Shown in pieces: positions 27,553 to 37,393 of a DNA stretch of 64,000 nt; within the stretch, counting starts at the first letter, position 1; every line of letters starts with the position of its first letter. A model generated the notes under the pieces. That model was not told the origin of the DNA. It searched no databases and worked only from the letters and a program-made list of their open reading frames with translations. The stretch covers positions 96,879 to 160,878 of the forward strand of contig DAHXMV010000001.1 of assembly GCA_027371535.1 (NCBI GenBank), read 5' to 3'. Made by a program: the position numbers and the translations under genes. This DNA is from Candidatus Amesbacteria bacterium. Its GTDB lineage: Bacteria > Patescibacteriota > Microgenomatia > CAZETR01 > Amesbacteraceae.

Positions 27553-28056
27553 TCAATAATGAACCAGGCCAAGAGTATCAAGATCAGGCGATTGTCCGGA
27601 AACCAAATTACGTATCGCCTCCGGGGATTTAAAGAGTATGTATAGATCCGGTACCAAATCAAGATGAGACAATTCTTCAGGACTAAACGAAGCTATTCTC
27701 TGCCCCTCATTACCTTTTCTTATCTGGAGTTCCTGTTGGGGTGTCAATTTGGCCATGGCAATATGTTTACAGTGATCACGATCATCGCCGGCATCTAAAT
27801 TTCCCAGTAAAGTAATCTGTTGTTCATCCAGTGTGACATTTGCCTCTTCGCGTACTTCCCTAATGAAAGTATCCAACGGAGATTCACCGGGTTCCGACCT
27901 GCCGCCTAATATTCCCCATTTGCCCCGATAGGGAATTTGGGGAAAATTGTCCCTTTGTAAAAGCCATAATCTCTGACCGTCGGCAGAGATAACAAAACCG
28001 CCACATGAAGCAGGTTTTATATTTTCTTTTTCAGCTATATAAGGGTGCGTCTCCAA
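27553..28056 (-). CDS. NUDIX hydrolase
   Basis: Nudix box 'GILGGRSEPGESPLDTFIREVREEANV' (GX5EX7REUXEEXGU). Confidence 0.8.
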   Translation of the reverse strand: METHPYIAEKENIKPASCGGFVISADGQRLWLLQRDNFPQIPYRGKWGILGGRSEPGESPLDTFIREVREEANVTLDEQQITLLGNLDAGDDRDHCKHIAMAKLTPQQELQIRKGNEGQRIASFSPEELSHLDLVPDLYILFKSPEAIRNLVSGQSPDLDTLGLVHY

Positions 28057-28059
28057 TTT

Positions 28060-28878
28060 CTACATTATATTATGTAATTTGCGGAATTTTTGACCGGAGT
28101 AGGAGATCAGAAAAATCAGATAGTGTTTTACCAGGCCGTTGTACCAGAGGCTGGACTGCCATAAATATTTTAAGGCCAAAGGAGACTGACGGGAGCTGGC
28201 GCCGTGCTCGTGGGTGATTTGAATTCCGGGATGGAAATAAATAAACCAACCGGCCCGACGAATCCGGCGGCAGAAATCCAAATCCTCATAATACATAAAG
28301 ATTTTTTCGGTTAACCTGCCCACCAGGGCCAATGTAGTTCTTGGAAATAACATACAAGCTCCCGAGACTGCATTTACTTTTACAGGCTGATCGCCGTATG
28401 GAATATATTTTGCAGTCAGATTTTTATTACCAAACCAAAATTCCCTCAGGGTATTGATTACGGAAGGTTCGGGAAAAACACTTCCCTGTGCCGTACCGTC
28501 CGGATTCAAAAATTCGGGACCCAAAAGAGCCGCATCGGGATATTCATTAAAAAAACGGATCCCCGAATTGAAAAAATCTGATGAAAGCAGGCAATCAGGG
28601 TTTAATAGCAAAATATATTCGCCCCCGGCAATATCCAGCCCCTGATTGACAGCCTTCGGAAAGCCAAGATTAATGGAGTTTTTTATAATTTTGATATTCA
28701 GATTCCGAAAACTTTTTTGGCTGAGAATCTTCAGACTGCGGTCGGACGAAGCATTATCAACTACAATAACTTCCAAAGCCGGATATTTGGTTAAACGAAT
28801 TGATTTAAGACATCCGTCTAAGAGATCAGCCACGTTCCAGGAGACGATAATCACCGAAACTACCGGAACCGTTGGCAT
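28060..28878 (-). CDS. GT2 family glycosyltransferase
   Basis: 'VVSVIIVSWNVADLLDGCLKSI...VIVVDNASSDRS...LLNPDCL'. Start at 'MPTVP' (rc ATG at 28876-28878). The track ORF extends to 28956. Confidence 0.75.
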   Translation of the reverse strand: MPTVPVVSVIIVSWNVADLLDGCLKSIRLTKYPALEVIVVDNASSDRSLKILSQKSFRNLNIKIIKNSINLGFPKAVNQGLDIAGGEYILLLNPDCLLSSDFFNSGIRFFNEYPDAALLGPEFLNPDGTAQGSVFPEPSVINTLREFWFGNKNLTAKYIPYGDQPVKVNAVSGACMLFPRTTLALVGRLTEKIFMYYEDLDFCRRIRRAGWFIYFHPGIQITHEHGASSRQSPLALKYLWQSSLWYNGLVKHYLIFLISYSGQKFRKLHNIM

Positions 28879-29135
28879 GGGATTTATTTTCTCATAAAAT
28901 GCCAAAACTGTATAATTTACCCGCCTGATCAGGAAAACTGTTCCCGATGTTTCCATAATAGTGCCGGTTTACAATGAGGAATTTCCGATAGATGAATTCG
29001 TCCGGCAGGTGACCGAATACCACATTTTATTTTTAATTGTGCAGTGCAAAAGTACCTGCTTAGCCACAGCGGGGTGGAAATCAGTCAAAATGATTATATT
29101 AATAATCGGTGCCCGTGTTAAAAAAATCTTCCCGA

Positions 29136-30020
29136 TTAAAGCTGATTATAGGCTGTATTTATGAGAGAGAACATCTGCGAATCCGAAAGCTGCCGGACCG
29201 GTTTAGCCTTTTTCCGATAGGTAAATATATGTCCCAGTGAGGCAAGAGCCCAGATGACCGGCAGCAGATATCCGGGGCGGGTGAGGCAGCGTTTTAAAAG
29301 ATTAATGGTGTGAGCAGGCAGGTTGGTGGCGTCTAAATTTTTCCAATGGCAAAGCAGATAATTCCGGTCTTTTAACCGGGTCAGGTAAGCGGGGGGGAAA
29401 GCCATCCGGAAACTGGTTTCGGGAGTGTGATTAACTTTGGAACGGGGATTCCATATAATCCGGTATCCCCTCTTCCAGCACCGATAACCGTAATCAAAAT
29501 CCTCATAATACCCGGGTGAAAAAACCGGGTCAAAACCTCCCAGAGATTTCCAGACGGTTTTATTAAAAGCCGCACTGCCCCCGGATGCCCATAAAGAGAA
29601 ATGCACATGGTTGTCTATAGGACCATTGGTATAATCAATAACTCCCTTTTTTAACCGGGCCAGGGCCCAGGAACGACGGTTTTCATTAAAGGTAACGGCA
29701 GCCAGCCGGGGATCCGTAACATAGGCAGATAAAGTTGTTAAAAGATCTTTTTGCGGACGGACATCCTGGTTTAAAAGAATTACCCAGTCTCCCCCGGCAG
29801 TCTGAAAACCGTCATTTACGGTAACCGGAAAACGCTGATTTATACGATGGACTATAATTTTGATCTCCGGGAAATTCCGTCTGACAAAATCCGCTGAACC
29901 GTCTGCGGAGGCGTCATCAACCAAAATCACTTCATCGGCCCCGATGGCCATGATTGAAGGCAGATTTTTTTTCAACAGGCTTAAACCGTTATAAACGGGG
30001 ACCACGACTGAATATGTCAT
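29136..30020 (-). CDS. GT2 family glycosyltransferase
   Basis: 'YSVVVPVYNGLSLLKKNLPSI...VILVDDASADGS...LNQDV'. Confidence 0.75.
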   Translation of the reverse strand: MTYSVVVPVYNGLSLLKKNLPSIMAIGADEVILVDDASADGSADFVRRNFPEIKIIVHRINQRFPVTVNDGFQTAGGDWVILLNQDVRPQKDLLTTLSAYVTDPRLAAVTFNENRRSWALARLKKGVIDYTNGPIDNHVHFSLWASGGSAAFNKTVWKSLGGFDPVFSPGYYEDFDYGYRCWKRGYRIIWNPRSKVNHTPETSFRMAFPPAYLTRLKDRNYLLCHWKNLDATNLPAHTINLLKRCLTRPGYLLPVIWALASLGHIFTYRKKAKPVRQLSDSQMFSLINTAYNQL

Positions 30021-30670
30021 TTTGGTTTGCGGGCTTTAATTAACAAGAGCATACCAAGAATAAAAGTGTGAATCCTGATATCGGCGAAACCGCAGGCATG
30101 CATCAAATCCGGAAGTTTTGAACCGGAAAAAAAATTTAAATGAGTTTCGTTCCAGATTTTTCCCCGGGTTTTAAGCCAAACCGGCCAGCCTAATTTAAAT
30201 AGCCAATTTTCCGAAGGCACAAGCACCAAAACAAAGCCACCCGGTCTGAGAATCCTATAAATCTGATTCATAACATGACGGGCATCCGGGATATGTTCCA
30301 GGGCTTCCAGAATGTAAACGGCCGCAAACCTGCCGGAGGTAAAATTTAATTTTTGGGCATCTGCCACCCGGAAGACGAGCGATTTGTTTTTTTTATAGCG
30401 CCTATTGGCATAGGCCACGGAACTTTGTAAAACATCGATGCCGATAACTTTCCGGGCCCGGGTAAAATCAAGCAACCGCTTCGTAAAATACCCGTCTGCA
30501 GAGCCGATATCCAATATTTCACCGGCCACGGGTTCGGAATATTTCCCAACTTCCGATATCCTCCTGGAGTGCCAGTAACGCTGCAGCAGATTGTCGCGGA
30601 CCGAGGTTTCATACCAGTCCGGGGGCACCCGTTCATGCAGCTTGGCGGCGGAAAAATTTGCTGAGTCCAA
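30017..30670 (-). CDS. Class I SAM-dependent methyltransferase
   Basis: Motif I 'ILDIGSADGYFTKRL', post-I 'VIGIDV', motif II-like 'FAAVYILEALEHI'. Confidence 0.65.
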   Translation of the reverse strand: MDSANFSAAKLHERVPPDWYETSVRDNLLQRYWHSRRISEVGKYSEPVAGEILDIGSADGYFTKRLLDFTRARKVIGIDVLQSSVAYANRRYKKNKSLVFRVADAQKLNFTSGRFAAVYILEALEHIPDARHVMNQIYRILRPGGFVLVLVPSENWLFKLGWPVWLKTRGKIWNETHLNFFSGSKLPDLMHACGFADIRIHTFILGMLLLIKARKPK

Positions 30671-32927
30671 AGATAGTCATCAGAGAAATAATGCTGACGG
30701 ACGCTCCAATTTTAATTGAATCCGGCTCGTAAGTAAATTCAACCCGGTGACTGCCGGAGGGCAGTATAACCGCCTGGAAGGCGTAATCCGCCCGGTAAAT
30801 TTGCACCGGATTTCCGTCTACTACCGCTTGCCAGCCGGGATAATCCTCCTGTGTATTTAAGAGAATGGCCGGGGCGGGCAAGTCCACCGCGAATAATTGG
30901 TTACCCGGAATATCAGACAAAAGCTTAAGACTGCCGTTATTTGTAGTGCCGGCGAGCTTGACTCCCGGATTTTCTTCTAAAACTACCAGACGTTTTGAAT
31001 CAAACCGGGGGTCCTGCAACCGGCTGATTATATTGTCTTCTCCTTTAATCACCTCATATCCGGTTATCAGGGAAAATTCCGGAAGAGCCTGCAAATTACG
31101 GTACACCCGGACAGTTTTGTAGGCAAAAACCTGTTCAAACTTGGGCAGACTGAAGCGCGGATAAGGAACGCCTGCCGGGTCGGGTAAACCGTCCGGGCGG
31201 CGGTTTAAGGCCAGAATATAACCGTTACCTGCAATGTCAAAGAGCGGAGAAGCGTAATTCGTCACATCATTGAAGCGGCCTTTGGGACGATAAATACTTC
31301 CGTAATCCAGGGCAGATTCGTAACGCGACCAGAGACCCGGATATACGGCGTCGTATCCGCTTCCCGATTTCAGGCCGTAAGCCATCCAAACGCTTAAAGG
31401 CAGAACATCACCCCCATCGAGCCGGTAACCAGGATGAGCTTTTAAATAATCCGTTATTTTTGTCGGAGGAAAAATCAGTCTATCCGGGAAAAAAACATTA
31501 TATTTCCATCCAAAACGGAAAAGTTCGGCAGTAACTTCCAACACCAGAAGAACCAAGACAATATTTTTCAATTTGGGAACCATGGTTATCAAAAAGACAG
31601 AAAAATAAGCGGTAATAACGAAGATCGTGGGGAAAAACAGGTTGCGCAAAGCGATTATTTTCTCCGGACCGGTCCTCACATCAGCCGCCCAGGCAAAACC
31701 AACAATGATGAATAATGGTAAAAGCAGGTACTTTAACTGACTAAAACGAAAAGCAACCGACCGACTGAGTACGTCTGTGCCTGCTGCCGCCAGAACTGCC
31801 AGTGAAAACCCGGAAAAAACCATGATCCGGGTCATGACTGAAGCGGAAAACACGGGCAGCTTCTGAATAAAAAAGGAGGCCGGGGTCGGAAGTGACAGGA
31901 ATACGGGAAGCAGATATAAACCCGCAAAAAAATACTTATCGCGGCGGCGGGATAATACCAAAGCCAGGAGTCCCAGCACCAAAGCTACTGCTGATGCATA
32001 ACCGGTATTATTGGTATATTGCACTCCGCCCCAGACGTTGTATGTGGAAGGGTTGCCGAAATAATCAGGTGCTATTAGGGTAATAAGCTGGGATACAGGA
32101 TAAAACGCACCGGATTTACTGCCGCCTGCCAGAGACTCGCCTACCCGCTGAGACCGGCTGAAGAGTTCAAAGCCCGGGACCAGAAGCAGGCCCGCCAGAC
32201 CCAGGCCCAGTAAAACCGTCAATATATATTTATAAAGCGGGGCAAATGTAATCCTGGTCCGGCCCCAGAGCACCCAGAAACCTAAGAAGATAATGGTATA
32301 TAAAGAAATCTGGGGATAACCGGCAAACAGCTGAGCTGCCAGAACCACCGCAGCCATCAGCCACCGGCGGCGGCCGACCAGCAAAAACAGTAAGGGAATA
32401 TATGCCGCTACATAGCCGTGGATGCCGTATTCAAGCCAGAGGAGGTTAAACCCGCAAAAAGCGTAAACTACAGCTCCGAGAACAGAGGCGATTTTGCGGA
32501 TGCCGAGAGTACGCAGGAAAAAGTACATAAACAACAAAGCCAGCAGAGGCTGAGTGGCTATGTAGAGCGTCCAGGCAACCGGATTGGAAAAGAACATGAA
32601 GTACAGATTAAAGGGATTGAGAACCCCGGACTGGAATGTAGCCAGGAGGGGGTAGCCATTGAAAATCATGGGGTTCCAGGTAGGAAATTTACCTGATCTG
32701 AATAATCCCATGGAGAAGATTTTCAGCGGGTAAAACAATGAGGGAACGTCGGCCAGCAGAGGATTTTTAACCGGGACGCCGGCAGGAAAACCGGGCCATT
32801 TGTAGTCGAGCCAGGGGTAATAGACTCCGACAATATGATCTCCGGGCATGGGTATTTCCCCGTATATCCAGGAGCGGTAAAAAAACACTGCTACTAAAAA
32901 AATGAACAACAGGAATATTTTCTTCAT
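30633..32927 (-). CDS. Large (764 aa) polytopic membrane protein with a C-terminal extracytoplasmic domain of about 250 aa. GT-C/YfhO-like candidate.
   Basis: About 14 TM segments in the N-terminal 500 aa (N-terminus 'GDHIVGVYYPWLDYKWPGFPAGVP'). The C-terminal 250 aa are hydrophilic. Confidence 0.45.
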   Translation of the reverse strand: MKKIFLLFIFLVAVFFYRSWIYGEIPMPGDHIVGVYYPWLDYKWPGFPAGVPVKNPLLADVPSLFYPLKIFSMGLFRSGKFPTWNPMIFNGYPLLATFQSGVLNPFNLYFMFFSNPVAWTLYIATQPLLALLFMYFFLRTLGIRKIASVLGAVVYAFCGFNLLWLEYGIHGYVAAYIPLLFLLVGRRRWLMAAVVLAAQLFAGYPQISLYTIIFLGFWVLWGRTRITFAPLYKYILTVLLGLGLAGLLLVPGFELFSRSQRVGESLAGGSKSGAFYPVSQLITLIAPDYFGNPSTYNVWGGVQYTNNTGYASAVALVLGLLALVLSRRRDKYFFAGLYLLPVFLSLPTPASFFIQKLPVFSASVMTRIMVFSGFSLAVLAAAGTDVLSRSVAFRFSQLKYLLLPLFIIVGFAWAADVRTGPEKIIALRNLFFPTIFVITAYFSVFLITMVPKLKNIVLVLLVLEVTAELFRFGWKYNVFFPDRLIFPPTKITDYLKAHPGYRLDGGDVLPLSVWMAYGLKSGSGYDAVYPGLWSRYESALDYGSIYRPKGRFNDVTNYASPLFDIAGNGYILALNRRPDGLPDPAGVPYPRFSLPKFEQVFAYKTVRVYRNLQALPEFSLITGYEVIKGEDNIISRLQDPRFDSKRLVVLEENPGVKLAGTTNNGSLKLLSDIPGNQLFAVDLPAPAILLNTQEDYPGWQAVVDGNPVQIYRADYAFQAVILPSGSHRVEFTYEPDSIKIGASVSIISLMTIFGLSKFFRRQAA

Positions 32928-32931
32928 TCAC

Positions 32932-34443
32932 CTATATCCTAACCCGTTTCTGTACCCGGATTTTTCCAAAATTATATTCTGCCTCTAATTTGGAAAAGCC
33001 GTTTTCTTCTTCAATACCGGGTTGGATGAATCTGACGAAATTGGGTTCCGGAGGATCAATAATCAAATAATAATCGGTCACATCTGCGGGTGTTTTTTGC
33101 AGGTTATTCCCCAATAAACCTATCTGGTCATGACCGTGCCAATAAGGTAGATAACCGTATTTAGATTCACCATACCAATTAAAAAGATATGACCAGGATG
33201 TATTTATATGTAGAGGCGAAGTAATAGAGTTTAGAGAAAATCTAGTACCGTTTTCTGAACGGTAGATAAAATCTATGGCTGCTGTTTCGTTTTTTATGGT
33301 TAAATCCGGTTGAAGAGCGAAAATTGTCTGTCCTGATGGATTATTTTTAAATATTGCCAGTAAATTACCTACTGTAATAAGGGTTATCACAATTAAAAAC
33401 AGAAACCTTCTTTTTAATATTGCACTTAGAAAATATCCCAAAATAAGGTAGATTACAAAACCAATACCTACATGGACAAAGGGTGTCGCTACTCCACCAT
33501 AAGGAAAAGCTATTAGTGAAGAAAAAAGATAAGCTAGCAAAATATTTTTTTGTGGTGTATCTATTACATGTCTGATAAACCAAAACACCAAACAAATTCC
33601 GGCCAACCCACCTAAAAATATCTGGATCGGGAATAGATTTAGGGCAAAAGTCCTGGTGAGTTGATTCAGATAGATTAGAGCCGTATCGGTAAATAATGCT
33701 TTTGTCTGGTTAATTCCTGAAGGCAACAATAAATTCCTGACGGCAACAAAACCAGTGAAACCAAATTTAAATTGAGCGATTACCAGAGGTAGTATTCCAA
33801 TCAGTAAACCAGTAATAAACTTAGCCAGAAGCTGCTTGGTAAAGGGAATCGTCCTGATTATGAACAATATTAGTAGTGGGAATATATGATAAGCTAAAAA
33901 TATATCCGCTTGAATACTCAAACCTAAGAACAAACCGGCTAATAATGGTGACCACCGGTTTTGACCCCTGCTTTTAAATAAAAAATAGTAGTACAAGGGA
34001 ACAGTTAGCGCTGCATATGAGGGGTTGCTTAACCAGACTGCATACTGGCTTTGTTCAAAGGAAAAAGCGTAAAAGAGGGCTAAAGTCAACGATATCGGAC
34101 GGCTAAAATTTAGTTCCCTGGCAAAATAATACATGAGTAAAATACCCAGACAATTAAGAACGGCTAAACCGAAAACCGGGTAAATTGGGTTCCCTAATCC
34201 AAGAAAATAAAAAGGAGCAAGTAAATAATAATAAAACACACCATGATAAAGACCCGGCGTAGAGGACGGAGGTCCTTGGATTTTAAAGTCTCCAGCTAAT
34301 ATTTCCCTGACGATAAACGCATCTCTCCCTTGGTCATAACTAAAAGTTAATGCGCCGAAGGGAATAAATACATATCGTAAAATTAATCCAATTAAAATAA
34401 TCAGAAGTAATTTAATTACGTTTCTGTATCGCATTATCAACAA
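32932..34443 (-). CDS. ArnT/GT83-like GT-C glycosyltransferase (family D paralog, low-GC copy)
   Basis: 503 aa. 'FSYDQGRDAFIVREILAGDFKIQGPPSSTPGLYHGVFYYYLLAPFYFLG' (compare the ArnT 'DE.RYAE' loop-1 motif). GC is about 30% against about 50% in the flanks. Confidence 0.6.
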   Translation of the reverse strand: MLIMRYRNVIKLLLIILIGLILRYVFIPFGALTFSYDQGRDAFIVREILAGDFKIQGPPSSTPGLYHGVFYYYLLAPFYFLGLGNPIYPVFGLAVLNCLGILLMYYFARELNFSRPISLTLALFYAFSFEQSQYAVWLSNPSYAALTVPLYYYFLFKSRGQNRWSPLLAGLFLGLSIQADIFLAYHIFPLLILFIIRTIPFTKQLLAKFITGLLIGILPLVIAQFKFGFTGFVAVRNLLLPSGINQTKALFTDTALIYLNQLTRTFALNLFPIQIFLGGLAGICLVFWFIRHVIDTPQKNILLAYLFSSLIAFPYGGVATPFVHVGIGFVIYLILGYFLSAILKRRFLFLIVITLITVGNLLAIFKNNPSGQTIFALQPDLTIKNETAAIDFIYRSENGTRFSLNSITSPLHINTSWSYLFNWYGESKYGYLPYWHGHDQIGLLGNNLQKTPADVTDYYLIIDPPEPNFVRFIQPGIEEENGFSKLEAEYNFGKIRVQKRVRI

Positions 34444-35614
34444 TCAATAGAGAAATAACCGCTCCAGCAAATATTCCCCTGACTATCGATGCCAGCTGGT
34501 CCGGGACAATATAACGGCTCACCAGCCGGGAAAAATTAAACGTGAGGCCAAATAGACCGAAATTCAAAGATGGTTCAAATAACAGGACGATCAGCAGATA
34601 ACAGGCAATTAAAGCGATGATCTGAAGCCGGGAGGATGACACCTGCGACCAAAACAGAACCAGAAAAGGAGTGATCCAGACAAACCATTGGGGATGAAAG
34701 TTGGAAACCATATAAAACAAAAACAGAGGCAGGGAAAGCCATATCCAATCCCGGAAACGTTTGGGGAAAAAAATGTGCCACCAGTAAATCAGCACCAATC
34801 CCAGGACGAATACGGGGATGTACTGGGATCCCGAAACCAGGATTTTGGCAAACAATAATTTATCGCTCTGACTGGCCAACAGGGCATATTGTTTAAAAGC
34901 CGTTGAGTGCAGATACGGCAATATGGTACCCAGATAGACACCGCAGGAAATGATAATGTTTTTAATTTTATTTCCGGGTAAAAGAGGAGACAGCACCAGG
35001 GTGAAGGGTTTAAAACAGGCACTCAAACCTAAAAATACCGCCGAGAGTAAAGGCTTTTTGTCCAGATAATAAACGGTCAGCAGTAAAAATAAGGCGATAA
35101 AAATATCAAACTGGCCTACCATATAAGAAACATAAATTGTCACCGGATTAAAGAGCCAAAACAACAAACCGCTGAATCTGGTTTTTTCGGGCAGAATTTT
35201 TGAAATTAAATACAGGCAGGCTGCATCGGCCAATAAATAAGGAAGTTTTAACAGGAACATAAGCGGGAAAAAGCCAGGGGTACGGCGGAGGGCCCCGATG
35301 TCATTTATCAGGGTCCAGAAAGCGTTCTGAGGGTAGGCCCAATACAACATTTTATTAAAGACGGCATGGGTCAGATAAGCCAGGGGCGGATAAATAAACA
35401 GGTTGTCACCATAAAGAAGAACCAAATGATTATTTCTGGGCAGGCGACTGATGTGATCATAAAAAGTGAAAATTTCACCTTTCTGGGCGATCCAGTAGGC
35501 GGCTAAATTAACCGCCCGAAAGTCCGGATGCAAAGTAATCGGTATCAGTATCAGCCGGAGAAGCAAACCGGCTGATAACCAGGGCAGTAATCTGGTCCAC
35601 AGAGATTTGGTCAT
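34412..35614 (-). CDS. GT87/DUF2029-like polytopic membrane glycosyltransferase candidate (family C)
   Basis: 400 aa. 'HPDFRAVNLAAYWIAQKGEIFTFYDH...IYPPLAYLTHA'. Confidence 0.45.
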   Translation of the reverse strand: MTKSLWTRLLPWLSAGLLLRLILIPITLHPDFRAVNLAAYWIAQKGEIFTFYDHISRLPRNNHLVLLYGDNLFIYPPLAYLTHAVFNKMLYWAYPQNAFWTLINDIGALRRTPGFFPLMFLLKLPYLLADAACLYLISKILPEKTRFSGLLFWLFNPVTIYVSYMVGQFDIFIALFLLLTVYYLDKKPLLSAVFLGLSACFKPFTLVLSPLLPGNKIKNIIISCGVYLGTILPYLHSTAFKQYALLASQSDKLLFAKILVSGSQYIPVFVLGLVLIYWWHIFFPKRFRDWIWLSLPLFLFYMVSNFHPQWFVWITPFLVLFWSQVSSSRLQIIALIACYLLIVLLFEPSLNFGLFGLTFNFSRLVSRYIVPDQLASIVRGIFAGAVISLLIVDNAIQKRN

Positions 35615-36648
35615 TGATGTAATAACCCGGAAAAGGCTTTCCGGAAATTAGCTACACTAAATATATTACTTTTATCCCTGGCGCTTTGCGAGAGCTGAAG
35701 AATTTTTCCGGGGTGCGAAATCAGATCCAAAGTTATCGATTGCAACTCATCCAAAGTGTGCCAGAGGTAGCCGTTTTTCCCGTCATCAACGATTTCCCGG
35801 AAACCGCCGAGCCCGATAACTACCGGGACGGCTCCGGCTGTCATGGCCTCGGCAACGGAAATGCCAAAGTGCTCAACTTTTTTCGGGTCGGTCTGATCAT
35901 CAAAGCCAAAGCCGGCAGCAGACCAAAATATTTCGGCGTGAGAATAAAGCTCCTTTAAAGTTATCAGATCCGGGTCGGTAATGATTTCCACCGGTAAATC
36001 GGAGACTTCGGTTTTTAAACGACTGATAACCCGGGGCGGTGATCCCACACCGGTGCCTCCGGCCAATATCAATTTCCAGCCGGGAATCCGGGGAGAAATT
36101 TTGCGAAAGGCGGAGATTAGAACCGACTGACCCTTATTTTGGGTCAAATTGGAGAACCGACCGACATAAAGGATATAAGGGCTTTTTTTACCGGGCGTGA
36201 ATACCGTCGTATCCACCGGAGGATAGACTATCCGGCTGTCGACTCTAAACTCGGCATCTATAAACGACTTGGTAAACCGGGAGTTGACCACAAATTTATA
36301 AAACCGGGATTTTACCAGATTAGACAAAGATCCGCCGCCAATATGCCGGAAAGGGAACTGGATGTGAATTATAGTCCGATTTGAAAAAGAGATGGGCAAA
36401 CTGCCGTCTGAAACCCAAAATAGCAATCCGAGACCCAATGATTTGGCCGGAGAATATTTTTCATTTTTCCACCCGGCAGCTGAGATATCCAGCCCAAAAC
36501 GGTTGGACAGGGCCGGGGAATAATTTCGGTCGGAAAAAATATCCACCTGCCATTTTTTATCCAAAAGCCATCTGACAAATGTAGCCGTATATCTCTCCCC
36601 TCCTCCCAAAGTATCCCAATACGGATTAATGATCAAGGCTTTAGCCAT
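35611..36648 (-). CDS. GT4-like (GT-B fold) glycosyltransferase
   Basis: 'LIINPYWDTLGGGERYTATFVRWL' N-terminal domain and C-terminal 'EHFGISVAEAMTAGAVPVVIGLGGFREIV'. Start at 'MAKALII' (rc ATG at 36646-36648) gives an 8-nt overlap with the upstream stop. Confidence 0.7.
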   Translation of the reverse strand: MAKALIINPYWDTLGGGERYTATFVRWLLDKKWQVDIFSDRNYSPALSNRFGLDISAAGWKNEKYSPAKSLGLGLLFWVSDGSLPISFSNRTIIHIQFPFRHIGGGSLSNLVKSRFYKFVVNSRFTKSFIDAEFRVDSRIVYPPVDTTVFTPGKKSPYILYVGRFSNLTQNKGQSVLISAFRKISPRIPGWKLILAGGTGVGSPPRVISRLKTEVSDLPVEIITDPDLITLKELYSHAEIFWSAAGFGFDDQTDPKKVEHFGISVAEAMTAGAVPVVIGLGGFREIVDDGKNGYLWHTLDELQSITLDLISHPGKILQLSQSARDKSNIFSVANFRKAFSGLLHQ

Positions 36649-37393
36649 GTTTGGATAGCTGCATTTCCCAAAGCCTGGCATAAATAACAAACATATTAAA
36701 AACCTGGAACAGGCCATCGATGATCCCTTCCGGACCGTCCCGCCAGGCCGACAGCCTGACGAACCGCTGCCAAAATTCGGTGATCATAACCCGAAAAATC
36801 CGCCACCAGACTACCGGCGGGTGACCGGACCGATAACGCAACCCGGCTTCATACCCGGTAAACAGTAGGGTCTTTTCCAGCATGGAGGTCAGGTCGCGAT
36901 GTGAATAATGGATGAGTGACGAAGATAATTTTCCCAGCCGGCCGTTAAATTCCGGCTGCTCATGCAAAGCATGGTGCCAGGTAACCAGGCGTTCCCTGAC
37001 GAATAACCTGATGACGCGATCATGGCCCCAGCCACCGGAATGCATTTCCCGACCCAAAAAAATATTTGTGCGGGGAATTTCAAAGGCTGCATCCGTGACC
37101 GGAGCGGATATCAGCTGCTGAATTTCTTCAGCCAACTGCCCGGAGACTCTCTCGTCAGCATCGACGTACAAAAGCCAGTCATATCCCGCAGCTTTCAGAC
37201 CATAATTTCTGAATTCCGAATAATCCGATCCGATTACGGAAACTACCCTGGCACCCATCCGTCGGGCAATTTTTATGGTGTCGTCCGTACTACCGGAATC
37301 AATTATCACGATTTCATCCGCAAATTTCAGTGATTTCAGACAATCGCCGATCATCCGGGATTCATTTTTGGCAATCACAACTGCGGAAATCAT
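36641..37393 (-). CDS. GT2 family glycosyltransferase (WaaE/KdtX-like)
   Basis: 'ISAVVIAKNESRMIGDCLKSLKFADEIVIIDSGSTDDT...VDADERV'. Confidence 0.75.
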   Translation of the reverse strand: MISAVVIAKNESRMIGDCLKSLKFADEIVIIDSGSTDDTIKIARRMGARVVSVIGSDYSEFRNYGLKAAGYDWLLYVDADERVSGQLAEEIQQLISAPVTDAAFEIPRTNIFLGREMHSGGWGHDRVIRLFVRERLVTWHHALHEQPEFNGRLGKLSSSLIHYSHRDLTSMLEKTLLFTGYEAGLRYRSGHPPVVWWRIFRVMITEFWQRFVRLSAWRDGPEGIIDGLFQVFNMFVIYARLWEMQLSKHG

